A DNA stretch of 64,000 nucleotides from Clostridia bacterium. GTDB taxonomy: Bacteria > Bacillota > Clostridia > UMGS1883. How positions within the stretch are numbered: the first letter of the stretch is position 1; every line of letters starts with the position of its first letter. The stretch is taken from positions 1-64,000 of the forward strand of contig JBJDXJ010000058.1 of NCBI GenBank assembly GCA_051866635.1, read 5' to 3'. Of the stretch, positions 21,327-30,599 are shown piece by piece. The notes below the pieces were generated by a model. It was not told where the DNA came from. It ran no database searches and saw only the letters and a program-made list of their open reading frames with translations. A program made the position numbers and the translations under genes.

Positions 21327-21522
21327 TTTGTTTACCTACCTTTTTAACATATCAATGTAATCCTATCACAACGCCCAAGGATTGTAAATAGGTTTTTGTG
21401 TTATATTTTTATTTATTTTTTGTTAAAATTCACAAATGACTATTGAAATCCGCCTTGACAGATTGTATAATATATACAAAGAAAGTAACTCTTTCTTTTA
21501 ACGAAATAAAGGAGGCTACTGT

Positions 21523-22056
21523 ATGAAGATTACAATTACAACAAGAAAAACTTTCGTTAATGAACGGGATAAGGAAATGATTGAGAAAAAAATCAATAAG
21601 CTCAGTAAGTTTTTCAACGATGATGCAGAGGCGACAGTTACAGTTTCCTCTCAGAAAAACGATAAAATCGTGGAAGTAACTATTTTTGCACACGGTCTTG
21701 TTTACCGTGCCGAAGAAAGGAATGAAGAAATACTTGATGCTGTGGACAAGGCTGAAGTTGCCATTGACCGCCAGATCAGACGAAATAAAACAAGACTTGA
21801 AAAAAAATTAAAGCGTGATGTTATCCTTCCGCCTGTTATGGATGATGACATAGTGGAGGAGGAAGAAGAAAAGGAATTTAATGTTATCCGTACAAAGAGC
21901 TATTTCTTAAAGCCTATGACTGTGGAAGAAGCTATTTTGCAGATGAACCTTGTAAATCACGAATTTTTCATTTTCCTTAATGCAGACACCGACACAACAG
22001 ATATTGTTTACAAGCGAAAGGACGGTAATTACGGTCTTATCGAAACAAAGGTTTAA
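21523..22056 (+). CDS. hpf: Ribosome hibernation promoting factor (long HPF/RaiA)
   Basis: 'RQIRRNKTRL' and 'KPMTVEEAILQMNLVNHEFFIF...VYKRKDGNYGLIE'. Confidence 0.95.
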   Translation: MKITITTRKTFVNERDKEMIEKKINKLSKFFNDDAEATVTVSSQKNDKIVEVTIFAHGLVYRAEERNEEILDAVDKAEVAIDRQIRRNKTRLEKKLKRDVILPPVMDDDIVEEEEEKEFNVIRTKSYFLKPMTVEEAILQMNLVNHEFFIFLNADTDTTDIVYKRKDGNYGLIETKV

Positions 22057-22634
22057 TGCTTAAAATCAAAGAAGCAATTATCGTGGAAGGGAAATACGAT
22101 AAAATGCGGTTAAGCCGTATATGCGATGCCTTAATTATTACAACAGACGGCTTTCGCATATTTAAAGATAATGACAAACGCGAGTTTTTAAAAGCCCTTG
22201 CAAAAAGACAGGGGCTTTTAATTCTTACAGATTCGGACCGTGCAGGATTTGTCATTCGTTCTCATTTGAAAAGCTTTATTCCGTCGGAATACATAAAGAA
22301 TATCTATATCCCCGACATAAAGGGCAAGGAAAAAAGAAAGGAAAAACCCTCCAAGGAAGGTCTTTTAGGGGTTGAAGGCATGGAGGAGGAAACATTAAAA
22401 AGGCTTTTGGAATCTTGTTCAGTTAACCTTAAAGAAGATAAAGGCGACCCTATCACAAAAGCAGATTTGTATGAAGCAGGTCTGTCTGGCAGTGAAGGAA
22501 GCAGTATTTTACGCCAAAGGCTTATATCTGACCTGTCTCTTCCCTCAAGGCTAAGCACAAATTCCCTTCTGGAAATATTAAATGCAACATATTCAAAAGA
22601 TGAATTTTTTGAATATGTTAAAAATATAATTTAA
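22056..22634 (+). CDS. rnmV: Ribonuclease M5-like TOPRIM/DUF4093 protein
   Basis: 'IIVEGKYD', 'LTDSDRAG', 'LGVEG'. Confidence 0.85.
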   Translation: MLKIKEAIIVEGKYDKMRLSRICDALIITTDGFRIFKDNDKREFLKALAKRQGLLILTDSDRAGFVIRSHLKSFIPSEYIKNIYIPDIKGKEKRKEKPSKEGLLGVEGMEEETLKRLLESCSVNLKEDKGDPITKADLYEAGLSGSEGSSILRQRLISDLSLPSRLSTNSLLEILNATYSKDEFFEYVKNII

Positions 22635-22652
22635 ACAATAAGGAGTTTTATT

Positions 22653-23801
22653 ATGGCAAACAGATTTGTATTAAACGAAACAAGCTATCACGGCAAAGGT
22701 GCAATAAAGGAAATTGCAACAGAAGTTACCTCAAGAGGCTTTAAAAAGTGTTTTGTATGTTCCGACCCCGATCTTATAAAGTTCGGCATCACAAAAAAGG
22801 TTACCGATGTTTTGGAGTCTAATTCCATTGCATACGAAATTTACTCAAACATAAAGCCCAACCCCACAATTGAAAATGTTCAGACAGGTGTTGAGGCTTT
22901 CAAGGCATCAGGGGCTGACTGTATAATCGCCATCGGCGGCGGTTCATCTATGGACACAGCAAAGGCAATCGGTATTATTATAACTAACCCCGAATTTGCC
23001 GATGTTGTATCACTTGAGGGGGTTGCTCCCACAAAGAACAAGTGCGTTCCAATTATTGCAGTTCCCACAACAGCAGGCACTGCCGCTGAGGTTACAATAA
23101 ACTACGTTATTACAGACAGTGAGAACAACCGCAAAATGGTATGTGTTGACGTACACGATATTCCCGTTGTTGCAGTAGTTGACCCTGACATGATGGCATC
23201 AATGCCCAAGGGCTTAACTGCCGCTACAGGTATGGATGCACTTACTCACGCAATTGAAGGCTATATTACCTTAGGTGCATGGGAAATGAGCGATATGTTC
23301 CACTTAAAGGCTATTGAAATTATTTCAAACAGTCTCCGTGGTGCTGTTGACAACACTCCTGAAGGCAGAGAAGGCATGGCACTTGGTCAGTACATTGCAG
23401 GCATGGGCTTCTCAAATGTAGGCTTGGGCATTGTTCACTCAATGGCACATCCCTTAGGTGCTCTTTACGACACACCGCACGGTATAGCAAATGCAATCAT
23501 ACTCCCCACTGTTATGGAATACAATGCACCTAACACAGGTGACAAGTACCGTAATATAGCAAAGGCAATGGGCGTAGAAGGAACAAATGGCATGACAATT
23601 GAGAATGCAAGAAAGGCGGCTATAGATGCTGTTAAGAAGTTATCCAAAGATGTTGGAATTCCTTCCGACCTTAAGGACATCGTAAAGATGGAAGATGTAG
23701 ATTTCCTTTCCGAATCTGCATATGCCGATGCATGCCGACCCGGCAACCCCAGAGAAACATCAGTTGAAGAAATTAAACAGTTATATCTTTCACTGTTATA
23801 A
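22653..23801 (+). CDS. fucO: Lactaldehyde reductase (Fe-containing alcohol dehydrogenase)
   Basis: MANRFVLNETSYHG, GGGSSMDTAK, DALTHAIEGY, HSMAHPLGA.YDTPHG. Confidence 0.93.
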   Translation: MANRFVLNETSYHGKGAIKEIATEVTSRGFKKCFVCSDPDLIKFGITKKVTDVLESNSIAYEIYSNIKPNPTIENVQTGVEAFKASGADCIIAIGGGSSMDTAKAIGIIITNPEFADVVSLEGVAPTKNKCVPIIAVPTTAGTAAEVTINYVITDSENNRKMVCVDVHDIPVVAVVDPDMMASMPKGLTAATGMDALTHAIEGYITLGAWEMSDMFHLKAIEIISNSLRGAVDNTPEGREGMALGQYIAGMGFSNVGLGIVHSMAHPLGALYDTPHGIANAIILPTVMEYNAPNTGDKYRNIAKAMGVEGTNGMTIENARKAAIDAVKKLSKDVGIPSDLKDIVKMEDVDFLSESAYADACRPGNPRETSVEEIKQLYLSLL

Positions 23802-23806
23802 TAGTC

Positions 23807-23846
23807 AAAAAAAGGACCTCCAAGATAATCTTGGAGGTCTTTTTTT
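23807..23846. terminator. Bidirectional terminator
   Basis: aaaaaaaggacctccaaga-taa-tcttggaggtcttttttt. Confidence 0.85.
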
Positions 23847-25116
23847 ATGCGTTCAACGCCTGTTCAATATCTGCAATCAAATCGTCTGCGTTTTCAAGGC
23901 CAACGGAAAGACGGATTAAATCAGGTGCAACACCTGCTTCTTTCAACTGTTCATCTGTAAGCTGACGGTGAGTATGGCTTGCAGGGTGCAAAAGACAGCT
24001 TTTTGCATCGGCAACGTGTGTTACAATGTTGATAAACTTTAAGTTGTCCATAAATCTGTTTGCAGTTTCCCTGTCGCCCTTTAATCCAAAGGCAAGAACA
24101 CCGCAAGTGCCATTTGGCATATACTTTTTAGCAAGAGAGTAATATTCGTCATCCTCAAGTCCTGCATAATGTACCCATGCAACCTTGTCGTTGTTTTTAA
24201 GGTACTTTGCAATCTTAAGAGCGTTTGCGCAGTGTCTTTCCACTCTTACAGGAAGAGTTTCCAACCCTAAGTTAAGATAAAATGCGTTCTGCGGTGACTG
24301 AATGGAACCAAAGTCACGCATAAGCTGTGCGGTAGCCTTTGTAATATATGCACCCTTACCGAACTTTTCGGCATAAGTAATGCCGTGGTATGATTCATCA
24401 GGAGTTGTAAGACCGGGGAACTTTTCAGCATGTGCCAACCAGTTGAAATTACCTGAATCCACAATACAACCGCCAACGCCAACGCCCTGACCGTCCATAT
24501 ATTTTGTGGTGGAGTGTGTTACAATATCAGCACCCCATTCAAAGGGACGGCAATTCACAGGTGTAGCAAATGTGTTATCCACAATAAGGGGTACACCGTG
24601 ACTATGTGCAAGACGTGCAAATTTTTCAATATCAAGAACAGTTACAGTAGGGTTTGTGATAGTTTCGGCAAATACAGCCTTTGTGTTGGGCTTAAAGTAT
24701 TTACTTAATTCTTCTTCGGAAAGTGTCTGGTCAACAAAAGTACATTCGATACCCATTTTTGCCATACTTACACCGAAAAGGTTATAAGTTCCGCCATAGA
24801 TGGAGCTTGAAGCAATAAAGTGGTCACCGGATTCGCAAATGTTGAAAATTGCGTAAAAGTTAGCCGCCTGACCTGAAGATGTAAGCATTGCGGCAACACC
24901 GCCTTCAAGTGCACAAATCTTTGCGGCAACAGCATCGTTTGTGGGGTTCTGTAATCTTGTATAGAAATATCCTTCTGCCTCTAAGTCAAAAAGTCTGCCC
25001 ATATAATCGCTTGTGTCGTACTTGAATGTTGTACTTTGATATACGGGAAGCTGTCTTGGTTCGCCCTGCTTGGGCTTGTAGCCTTCATGGATACATTTCG
25101 TTTCAATTTTTGTCAT
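23845..25116 (-). CDS. metY: O-acetylhomoserine aminocarboxypropyltransferase (sulfhydrylase)
   Basis: YTRLQNPT, VDNTFATP, HSTTKY (PLP lysine), HPASHTHRQL, IRLSVGLE. Confidence 0.92.
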   Translation of the reverse strand: MTKIETKCIHEGYKPKQGEPRQLPVYQSTTFKYDTSDYMGRLFDLEAEGYFYTRLQNPTNDAVAAKICALEGGVAAMLTSSGQAANFYAIFNICESGDHFIASSSIYGGTYNLFGVSMAKMGIECTFVDQTLSEEELSKYFKPNTKAVFAETITNPTVTVLDIEKFARLAHSHGVPLIVDNTFATPVNCRPFEWGADIVTHSTTKYMDGQGVGVGGCIVDSGNFNWLAHAEKFPGLTTPDESYHGITYAEKFGKGAYITKATAQLMRDFGSIQSPQNAFYLNLGLETLPVRVERHCANALKIAKYLKNNDKVAWVHYAGLEDDEYYSLAKKYMPNGTCGVLAFGLKGDRETANRFMDNLKFINIVTHVADAKSCLLHPASHTHRQLTDEQLKEAGVAPDLIRLSVGLENADDLIADIEQALNA

Positions 25117-25359
25117 ACCCATTCTCCTTTTCCAAAATGTTTTAGTTTATTATACGCCTAAAATTCATCTTAGTCAATTGTTTTTAACTAACGAAAATCA
25201 AGAGACTTATAATACATAATTGATATAAGAACAAAGTGTCTCTTCGCTCCTTGGCAATAGTTGCAACTAAGGTAAACAGAGGAGAAAACACTTTGTGATG
25301 CCATGTGCGTTTTCCGAGTTTGTGAGGAAATTCTCGCACGGCAATAGAATCAAAATTTA

Positions 25360-25402
25360 TTTTTACATTATAGGAAATGAGGAATTTCCTATAATGTAAA
25401 AA
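25360..25402. promoter_or_regulatory. Perfect 19-bp-arm palindrome (operator-like)
   Basis: tttttacattataggaaat-gagga-atttcctataatgtaaaaa. Confidence 0.55.
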
Positions 25403-25449
25403 AACTGCCGCAGGGGCAGATGGAAAAACAAAAGGAGGGTTTGTATATA

Positions 25450-25629
25450 ATGACAAGAGCGGAAAAAGGATTAAAGATACTTAAAGACATAGCAATTCAC
25501 CAACCGAAACACGAACGGAAAGAATGGATAAGGGGTGGAATAGAGGAACTTCTCAACGAACCGGAACATTTCAAATTGACACAAGAGGATATAGCCGTAC
25601 TGAAACAAGAACTCTTGAAGTACTTATAA
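25450..25629 (+). CDS. Small hypothetical protein (59 aa)
   Basis: AAGGAGG RBS before ATG 25450; helical charged sequence MTRAEKGLKIL... Confidence 0.55.
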   Translation: MTRAEKGLKILKDIAIHQPKHERKEWIRGGIEELLNEPEHFKLTQEDIAVLKQELLKYL

Positions 25630-25763
25630 AAGACAATAATTTTATTGATTTTTGTAAAACAATAGTAAATGAGATAAGCGTTAAGCAATGTGAAAAATTA
25701 ATAACAACGTATTTTTATGATACTAAAACAAAACAAAATGTATCGTTTAGTGTCATTTTGGCA

Positions 25764-25792
25764 TTGACAAATGTAAAGCATTTTGATATAAT
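25764..25792 (+). promoter_or_regulatory. Sigma-A promoter of the antisense RNA
   Basis: TTGACA-17-TATAAT with extended TG. Confidence 0.85.
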
Positions 25793-25798
25793 GTTCAA

Positions 25799-25904
25799 AG
25801 AGAAAGATAGGAAGTCAACAGACGATTGACCCTAAATAGTGATTAAATAGTGATTAAAAGAATATAACCGCTAAGTTTGGTTGCTTGGGCGGTTATTTCT
25901 TTTT
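25799..25904 (+). ncRNA. Putative type I antitoxin antisense RNA (~105 nt)
   Basis: Lies between a perfect promoter and terminator ataaccgc...gcggttatttcttttt (25864-25904); overlaps the 3' end of the toxin ORF. Confidence 0.72.
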
Positions 25905-25982
25905 GCTAAAAATTGTATAGCAAAGACCAACGATTCCAACAATTAGGGTTGTGAATACAAACAAACCTTCATATGTAACCAT
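25893..25982 (-). CDS. Type I toxin-like membrane peptide (holin-like toxin), 29 aa
   Basis: Hand translation MVTYEGLFVFTTLIVGIVGLCYTIFSKKK*; GGAAGGGGGG RBS; single TM helix + basic tail. Confidence 0.85.
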   Translation of the reverse strand: MVTYEGLFVFTTLIVGIVGLCYTIFSKKK

Positions 25983-26100
25983 GGCATTCCCCCCTTCCGA
26001 GGGAAAAAGAAACGAAAAACCCTCTATAATGATAAAGAGTCAACCGCCTATTCGTCTATAAAGATGGTTAAAATTCAACGCGACTTCCTATCCATGGTGT

Positions 26101-26129
26101 ATTATATCACAACTGTTGAATATTGTCAA
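26101..26129 (-). promoter_or_regulatory. Sigma-A promoter of the toxin mRNA
   Basis: Minus strand TTGACA-17-TATAAT with extended TG. Confidence 0.85.
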
Positions 26130-26248
26130 TTCAAAGACACCTCAAGTATCTTTATTTTTAGCTGTGGACATCTGCTTTGTACATTTTTCTTACACTCATC
26201 ATGTTTTTATACAATTTCCTCAAAAGGTGGTATTGATTTTTCCACAAT

Positions 26249-26394
26249 GAGGCTGTAAAAAAAGTTTCTAAAGAAATAAGTTAGACCATTTGGGATAGTC
26301 CCCCTTGTGGCAAATTGGAAGACAATTTGCCATAAAGGGGACTGTCCCGAAATGGTCTTTTTGTTATCTCAGTGTTGACTTTTTTTACAGCCTC
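26249..26394 (+). mobile_element. MITE-like repeat, copy 2 (short variant, perfect 17-bp terminal inverted repeats)
   Basis: gaggctgtaaaaaaagt ... actttttttacagcctc. Confidence 0.88.
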
Positions 26395-26401
26395 TTATAT
26401 C

Positions 26402-27655
26402 TTAGAATATGATGATAATAAACTGAGATACAAGCACTACAGCTATCAAAGCGATGGGATATGTAGCCGCATATGCTGCCGCAACATCTTCAGTGCCTGC
26501 AACAGAGATAAGTGTACCAAGGGCAGGAGTAGAAGTCATACCGCCGGTCAATGAACCGAGGCTGTTTAAAAGAGGCATCTTCAATACAAACTTTGCAAAG
26601 ATGAAACCAAGAATCATGGGAACAAGTGTCATAATAATACCGTATACAAAGTACATGGGGTCAAAGTTTGCAACGAATTCTGTACCGCCGGGAATACCTG
26701 CACCAACAAGGAAAAGGATAAGACCAAGCTCACGGAAAAGCTTAAGTGTGCTCTGCTGAGGCATAATGCTTACCTTACCAATTCTGCCGAAGTGACCAAG
26801 GATAAGTGCAACCAAAAGGCATCCGCCTGTTGTTGTAAGAGAGAAGCATGTACCTGAAATACCTGCACTGCTCATGGGGATTTTAACCTTACCCACAACC
26901 ATACCGAGGATAGATGCCAGAGAGAATGCCGCAATACCCATATGGTCAAGGTGTAAAAGCTTAACAGGGTTCTTCTTTTCAGATTGTTCACTGCTGCCTG
27001 AAATAAGTGCTCTTTCCTTCTCCATGTCTGCCTTCATAAACTTAGGTACAAGCTGAACGAAAAGTACAACGCCCAATACACCGAATATGTAAGCAATACC
27101 GTGACCTACGGAAACAAGAGATGTATATTCACTTGCAACAGTTGCCTTTGCCGCACTGAAAGCGGGAGTAGATGTAAGCGAACCTGAAAGGAGACCTACA
27201 ATCATAGCTACAAAACCGTCAAGTGTTTCGATGGAAGAACCGTAACCGAATACATGTTTACCAAGCATGATACATCCAACGGCACCAAGACCGCCGGCGA
27301 TGATAATAACAAGACCCAAAACCACATAGCTTTTGAAGTTTTTCTTTAAGTTACCGAAGAACTTAGGACCTGCAATAAAGCCTACGCTTGTTACGAAAAG
27401 AACAAGACCAAATGTTTCAATTATTGACAAAGCATTGTCTGCATAGCTGATGCCGTCAATCTTAAGTTGCTGGCTTATTACATCGGGGAAAAGTGCACCA
27501 AATAAAAGTGCAACGATAAACACACCTGCATCACCCAAAGAAACGCCCTTTATGGTGATACGGCCCAGTGCGTAACCTACAAATAAAATTGCGAAAAGAC
27601 AGAACATAAAGAATGTTATGCCTGTTACGGGAATAACTCCGCCGAACAAATTCAT
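26402..27655 (-). CDS. AspT/YidE/YbjL-family antiporter-like permease (duplicated domain, no TrkA-C)
   Basis: Two 'GS/GMLTSTPA' repeats; 'FGLVLFVTSVG', 'LGLILFLVGAG'. Confidence 0.85.
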   Translation of the reverse strand: MNLFGGVIPVTGITFFMFCLFAILFVGYALGRITIKGVSLGDAGVFIVALLFGALFPDVISQQLKIDGISYADNALSIIETFGLVLFVTSVGFIAGPKFFGNLKKNFKSYVVLGLVIIIAGGLGAVGCIMLGKHVFGYGSSIETLDGFVAMIVGLLSGSLTSTPAFSAAKATVASEYTSLVSVGHGIAYIFGVLGVVLFVQLVPKFMKADMEKERALISGSSEQSEKKNPVKLLHLDHMGIAAFSLASILGMVVGKVKIPMSSAGISGTCFSLTTTGGCLLVALILGHFGRIGKVSIMPQQSTLKLFRELGLILFLVGAGIPGGTEFVANFDPMYFVYGIIMTLVPMILGFIFAKFVLKMPLLNSLGSLTGGMTSTPALGTLISVAGTEDVAAAYAATYPIALIAVVLVSQFIIIIF

Positions 27656-27793
27656 AATTTTCTCACCTTTCATTTAATTTTACACTATTTTTTCCGAAGG
27701 TTATTATATTCTAATTGACAGCGTTTGTCAATCAGAATCAAACTAAAAATCAACTAAATTTGACTTAAATTGCAGTAAAGCTCACAATTTTTC

Positions 27794-28933
27794 CTATCCT
27801 ATCAAAAGCATTGCACCTGTCAGTATTATTACAAAGGCGAAATTAAAGGCGGAAAACTGTAAAATATAGTTGACAGTTTCCCTTTTTCCTTTGTTACGTT
27901 TTGTATATTCTCTAAGTGTTATAAGACTTGCCAAGGATGCAATCAGTGTGCCTGCACCGCCTATATTTACACCCCAAAGAAGGTGGCGATAATTGTCGGT
28001 AAACTGGCTTAAAAGTATCGCCGAAGGCACATTGCTTATTACTTGACATGAAAGAACGCTGAAAATCAAGGTGTTCTTTTCCAAAAGATAGGAGAACACT
28101 TCTTTTACCGCTTCAATCCGTCCCATGTTCCCTGCGAAAATAAAGAAAAACACAAAGGTCATTAAAAGCGGATAGTCAACCTTTTGCAGTGCGTATTTGT
28201 CAAGATAAAAAATGCTGACCGCAACTATAACAAAACCTAACTGATAAGGCATAAATCTAAAAACCATCATAATTGCTAAAATGAAAAGCATAATGTATAC
28301 AGTTGTCTTTCCCGGTGGCAGAATAATTTTCTCATCTTCTATTAAAAGCTCTTCCCTTTTCACAAAAAGACAGCACAATGTAATAAGAATTACTGCAATG
28401 ATAAACGGCTTTAACATAATCATCACAAATTCCCCTGTGGGAATATTGAACTTAGTGTACAAATACAAATTCTGCGGGTTTCCGAAAGGGGTTAACATCC
28501 CGCCTAAATTTGCGGCAATATTCTGCATAATAAATGTAAATGCCATATATTTTTCCTTGCCCGTGCTTCTCAGCACATAATACCCCAAGGGCAGAAAAGT
28601 CAAAAGTGCCATATCGTTTGCAATAAGCATTGACCCGATAAATGTTATGTACACCAAAGCTAAAATGCAGTTTCGTGTATTTTTAAAAACCTTTACAATA
28701 CTACTTGCAATTTTATAAAAAAATCTAAGATTTCTTAACGCACGAACTACTGCCAGAACAGAAAAAAGGCACGCCAGGGTCTTAAAATCAATGTAGCTCA
28801 AATACTTTTTATCAGGTGGCACAATAAAGCACGTAACAAGTGCCGCAAAAAATGCTATCACCGTAACAGTGTTCTTTTTTGTGAAATTTTTTGCTTTTCT
28901 TAAAGCTTTTTTGCCCATAGTTTTAATACTCAC
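27794..28933 (-). CDS. Citrate transporter / ArsB-NhaD (IT superfamily) permease
   Basis: 'AANLGGMLTPFGNPQNLY', 'SQVISNVP'-like, 'NIGGAGTLIASLASLI'. Confidence 0.85.
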   Translation of the reverse strand: MSIKTMGKKALRKAKNFTKKNTVTVIAFFAALVTCFIVPPDKKYLSYIDFKTLACLFSVLAVVRALRNLRFFYKIASSIVKVFKNTRNCILALVYITFIGSMLIANDMALLTFLPLGYYVLRSTGKEKYMAFTFIMQNIAANLGGMLTPFGNPQNLYLYTKFNIPTGEFVMIMLKPFIIAVILITLCCLFVKREELLIEDEKIILPPGKTTVYIMLFILAIMMVFRFMPYQLGFVIVAVSIFYLDKYALQKVDYPLLMTFVFFFIFAGNMGRIEAVKEVFSYLLEKNTLIFSVLSCQVISNVPSAILLSQFTDNYRHLLWGVNIGGAGTLIASLASLITLREYTKRNKGKRETVNYILQFSAFNFAFVIILTGAMLLIG

Positions 28934-29045
28934 TTATAATCACCCCAAACATTTGGTATTTTACCACAACTATCTTTGCATGTCAAAAAAACTCTTGAAA
29001 ACAGTATATTAAAATGCTATAATATTCTCCACAGGAGGGAATTTT

Positions 29046-29792
29046 ATGCAACTTGTTTTACTGACCGCTTTAGGCATTGGCGGTGCCACTGTTATGGGTG
29101 CTGTCATAGGTCTTTTATTTAAAAACAACAGCCATAAATTTTCTGATATTGTTTTGGCTTTTGCCGCCGGCATAATGCTTTCAGCCGCAATTATCGGGCT
29201 TGTTCTGCCCTCTGTGGAATATGGAAATGTATTTACAACGGTACTTGGCATATTTGCAGGTGCATTTTTACTTTATGTTATAGATAAGGTAGTTCCCCAT
29301 CTTCACAGCTTTTCCCAAAAGGATGAGGAAAGTCACTGTGCCGCGAACGACAGAATTAATAAGGTAATGCTTTTTGTTTTTGCAATTGCCATACATAATT
29401 TCCCCGAAGGCATTGCCGCAGGCGTTGGTTTTGGGACAGGTAACACAGGGGATGCTTTTCTCATTGCAGGTGGTATCGCCTTGCAGAACATTCCCGAAGG
29501 TATGGTTATTATCGCACCGATGCTCAGTGCCGGTGTCAGCTTAAAGCGTACATTTATATATGCCGCCTTAACAGGTGTTGTTGAGGTTGTGGGAACTCTT
29601 ACAGGGTACTTTGCCGTGTCTTTATCAACGGCAATTCTGCCCTTTGCCCTTGCCTTTGCAGGGGGAACAATGCTTTATGTAATAAGTGACGAAATGATTC
29701 CCGAAACACATCACGGGGACGAACGCCCGGTTACATTTGCACTTTTGCTGGGCTTTTGCGTTATGCTTATTTGCGATTTTTATTTAGGTTAA
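29046..29792 (+). CDS. ZIP-family divalent metal transporter
   Basis: 'AIAIHNFPEG', 'LQNIPEG', 'EMIPE'. Confidence 0.92.
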   Translation: MQLVLLTALGIGGATVMGAVIGLLFKNNSHKFSDIVLAFAAGIMLSAAIIGLVLPSVEYGNVFTTVLGIFAGAFLLYVIDKVVPHLHSFSQKDEESHCAANDRINKVMLFVFAIAIHNFPEGIAAGVGFGTGNTGDAFLIAGGIALQNIPEGMVIIAPMLSAGVSLKRTFIYAALTGVVEVVGTLTGYFAVSLSTAILPFALAFAGGTMLYVISDEMIPETHHGDERPVTFALLLGFCVMLICDFYLG

Positions 29793-29815
29793 TTTTTATT
29801 TAGGGAGGTCATATT

Positions 29816-30352
29816 ATGACAAAGTATCAGGGTACACAAACAGAAAAGAATTTGGAAGCCGCTTTTGCAGGGGAATCTCAGGCAAGAAATAAGTACACTT
29901 ATTTCGCTTCCGTTGCAAAGAAGGAAGGCTACGAGCAGATTTCGGCTCTTTTCCTTAAAACTGCCGAAAATGAAAAGGAACACGCTAAAATGTGGCTTAA
30001 GGAATTAAAGGGAATCGGCAACACAGCCGAAAACCTTCTCCATGCCGCAGAAGGTGAAAACTTTGAATGGACAGATATGTACGAAGGCTTCGCAAAGACA
30101 GCCGAGGAAGAAGGGTTCCCCGAGCTTGCAGAAAAGTTCAGACTTGTTGCCGCAATCGAAAAGCATCATGAAGAAAGATACCGTGCTCTTTTAACAAATG
30201 TTGAAACTGCAAAGGTATTTGAAAAGAGCGAAGTTAAGGTTTGGGAATGTCGTAACTGCGGCCACATTGTAGTTGGCACAAAGGCTCCCGATGTTTGCCC
30301 CACATGCAACCATCCTCAGTCCTACTTTGAAGTTCACGCTGAAAATTATTAA
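29816..30352 (+). CDS. rbr: Rubrerythrin
   Basis: '[12 protein letters not shown]', [17 protein letters not shown]...CPTC. Confidence 0.95.
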   Translation: MTKYQGTQTEKNLEAAFAGESQARNKYTYFASVAKKEGYEQISALFLKTAENEKEHAKMWLKELKGIGNTAENLLHAAEGENFEWTDMYEGFAKTAEEEGFPELAEKFRLVAAIEKHHEERYRALLTNVETAKVFEKSEVKVWECRNCGHIVVGTKAPDVCPTCNHPQSYFEVHAENY

Positions 30353-30373
30353 TTTAAAAAACTTAACTAAAAG

Positions 30374-30422
30374 GAGCTTGGAACAAAGCGATTTTTTAAT
30401 CGAATTGTTCCAAGCTCTTTTT
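30374..30422 (+). terminator. Terminator after rbr
   Basis: gagcttggaacaa...ttgttccaagctc followed by a T run. Confidence 0.7.
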
Positions 30423-30475
30423 CAGTTGCAAACAAATATTTTTAATTCTTTCAATTTCTTTCCAAAATTAAGTTC

Positions 30476-30555
30476 GTTGGGGATGGCGTCCTCCACATCC
30501 CGTTTCCATGTTTTAAACTTATAGTTTTCGGGACGTCGAGGACGCCGTCCCCTAC
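30476..30555. repeat. Inverted doublet of 27-bp GTAG-type REP sequences (REPIN-like)
   Basis: 30529-30555 minus strand GTAGGGGACGGCGTCCTCGACGTCCCG; degenerate inverted copy at 30476-30502. Confidence 0.75.
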
Positions 30556-30599
30556 ATTTTATCACAGCTTTTTAATATCTCTGAAATTTCTAATTCATA

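Noticed and set aside
25123-25200. SAM riboswitch or T-box upstream of metY
   Set aside because: A promoter-like sequence lies only about 30 bp from the start codon and no S-box or T-box motifs are seen.
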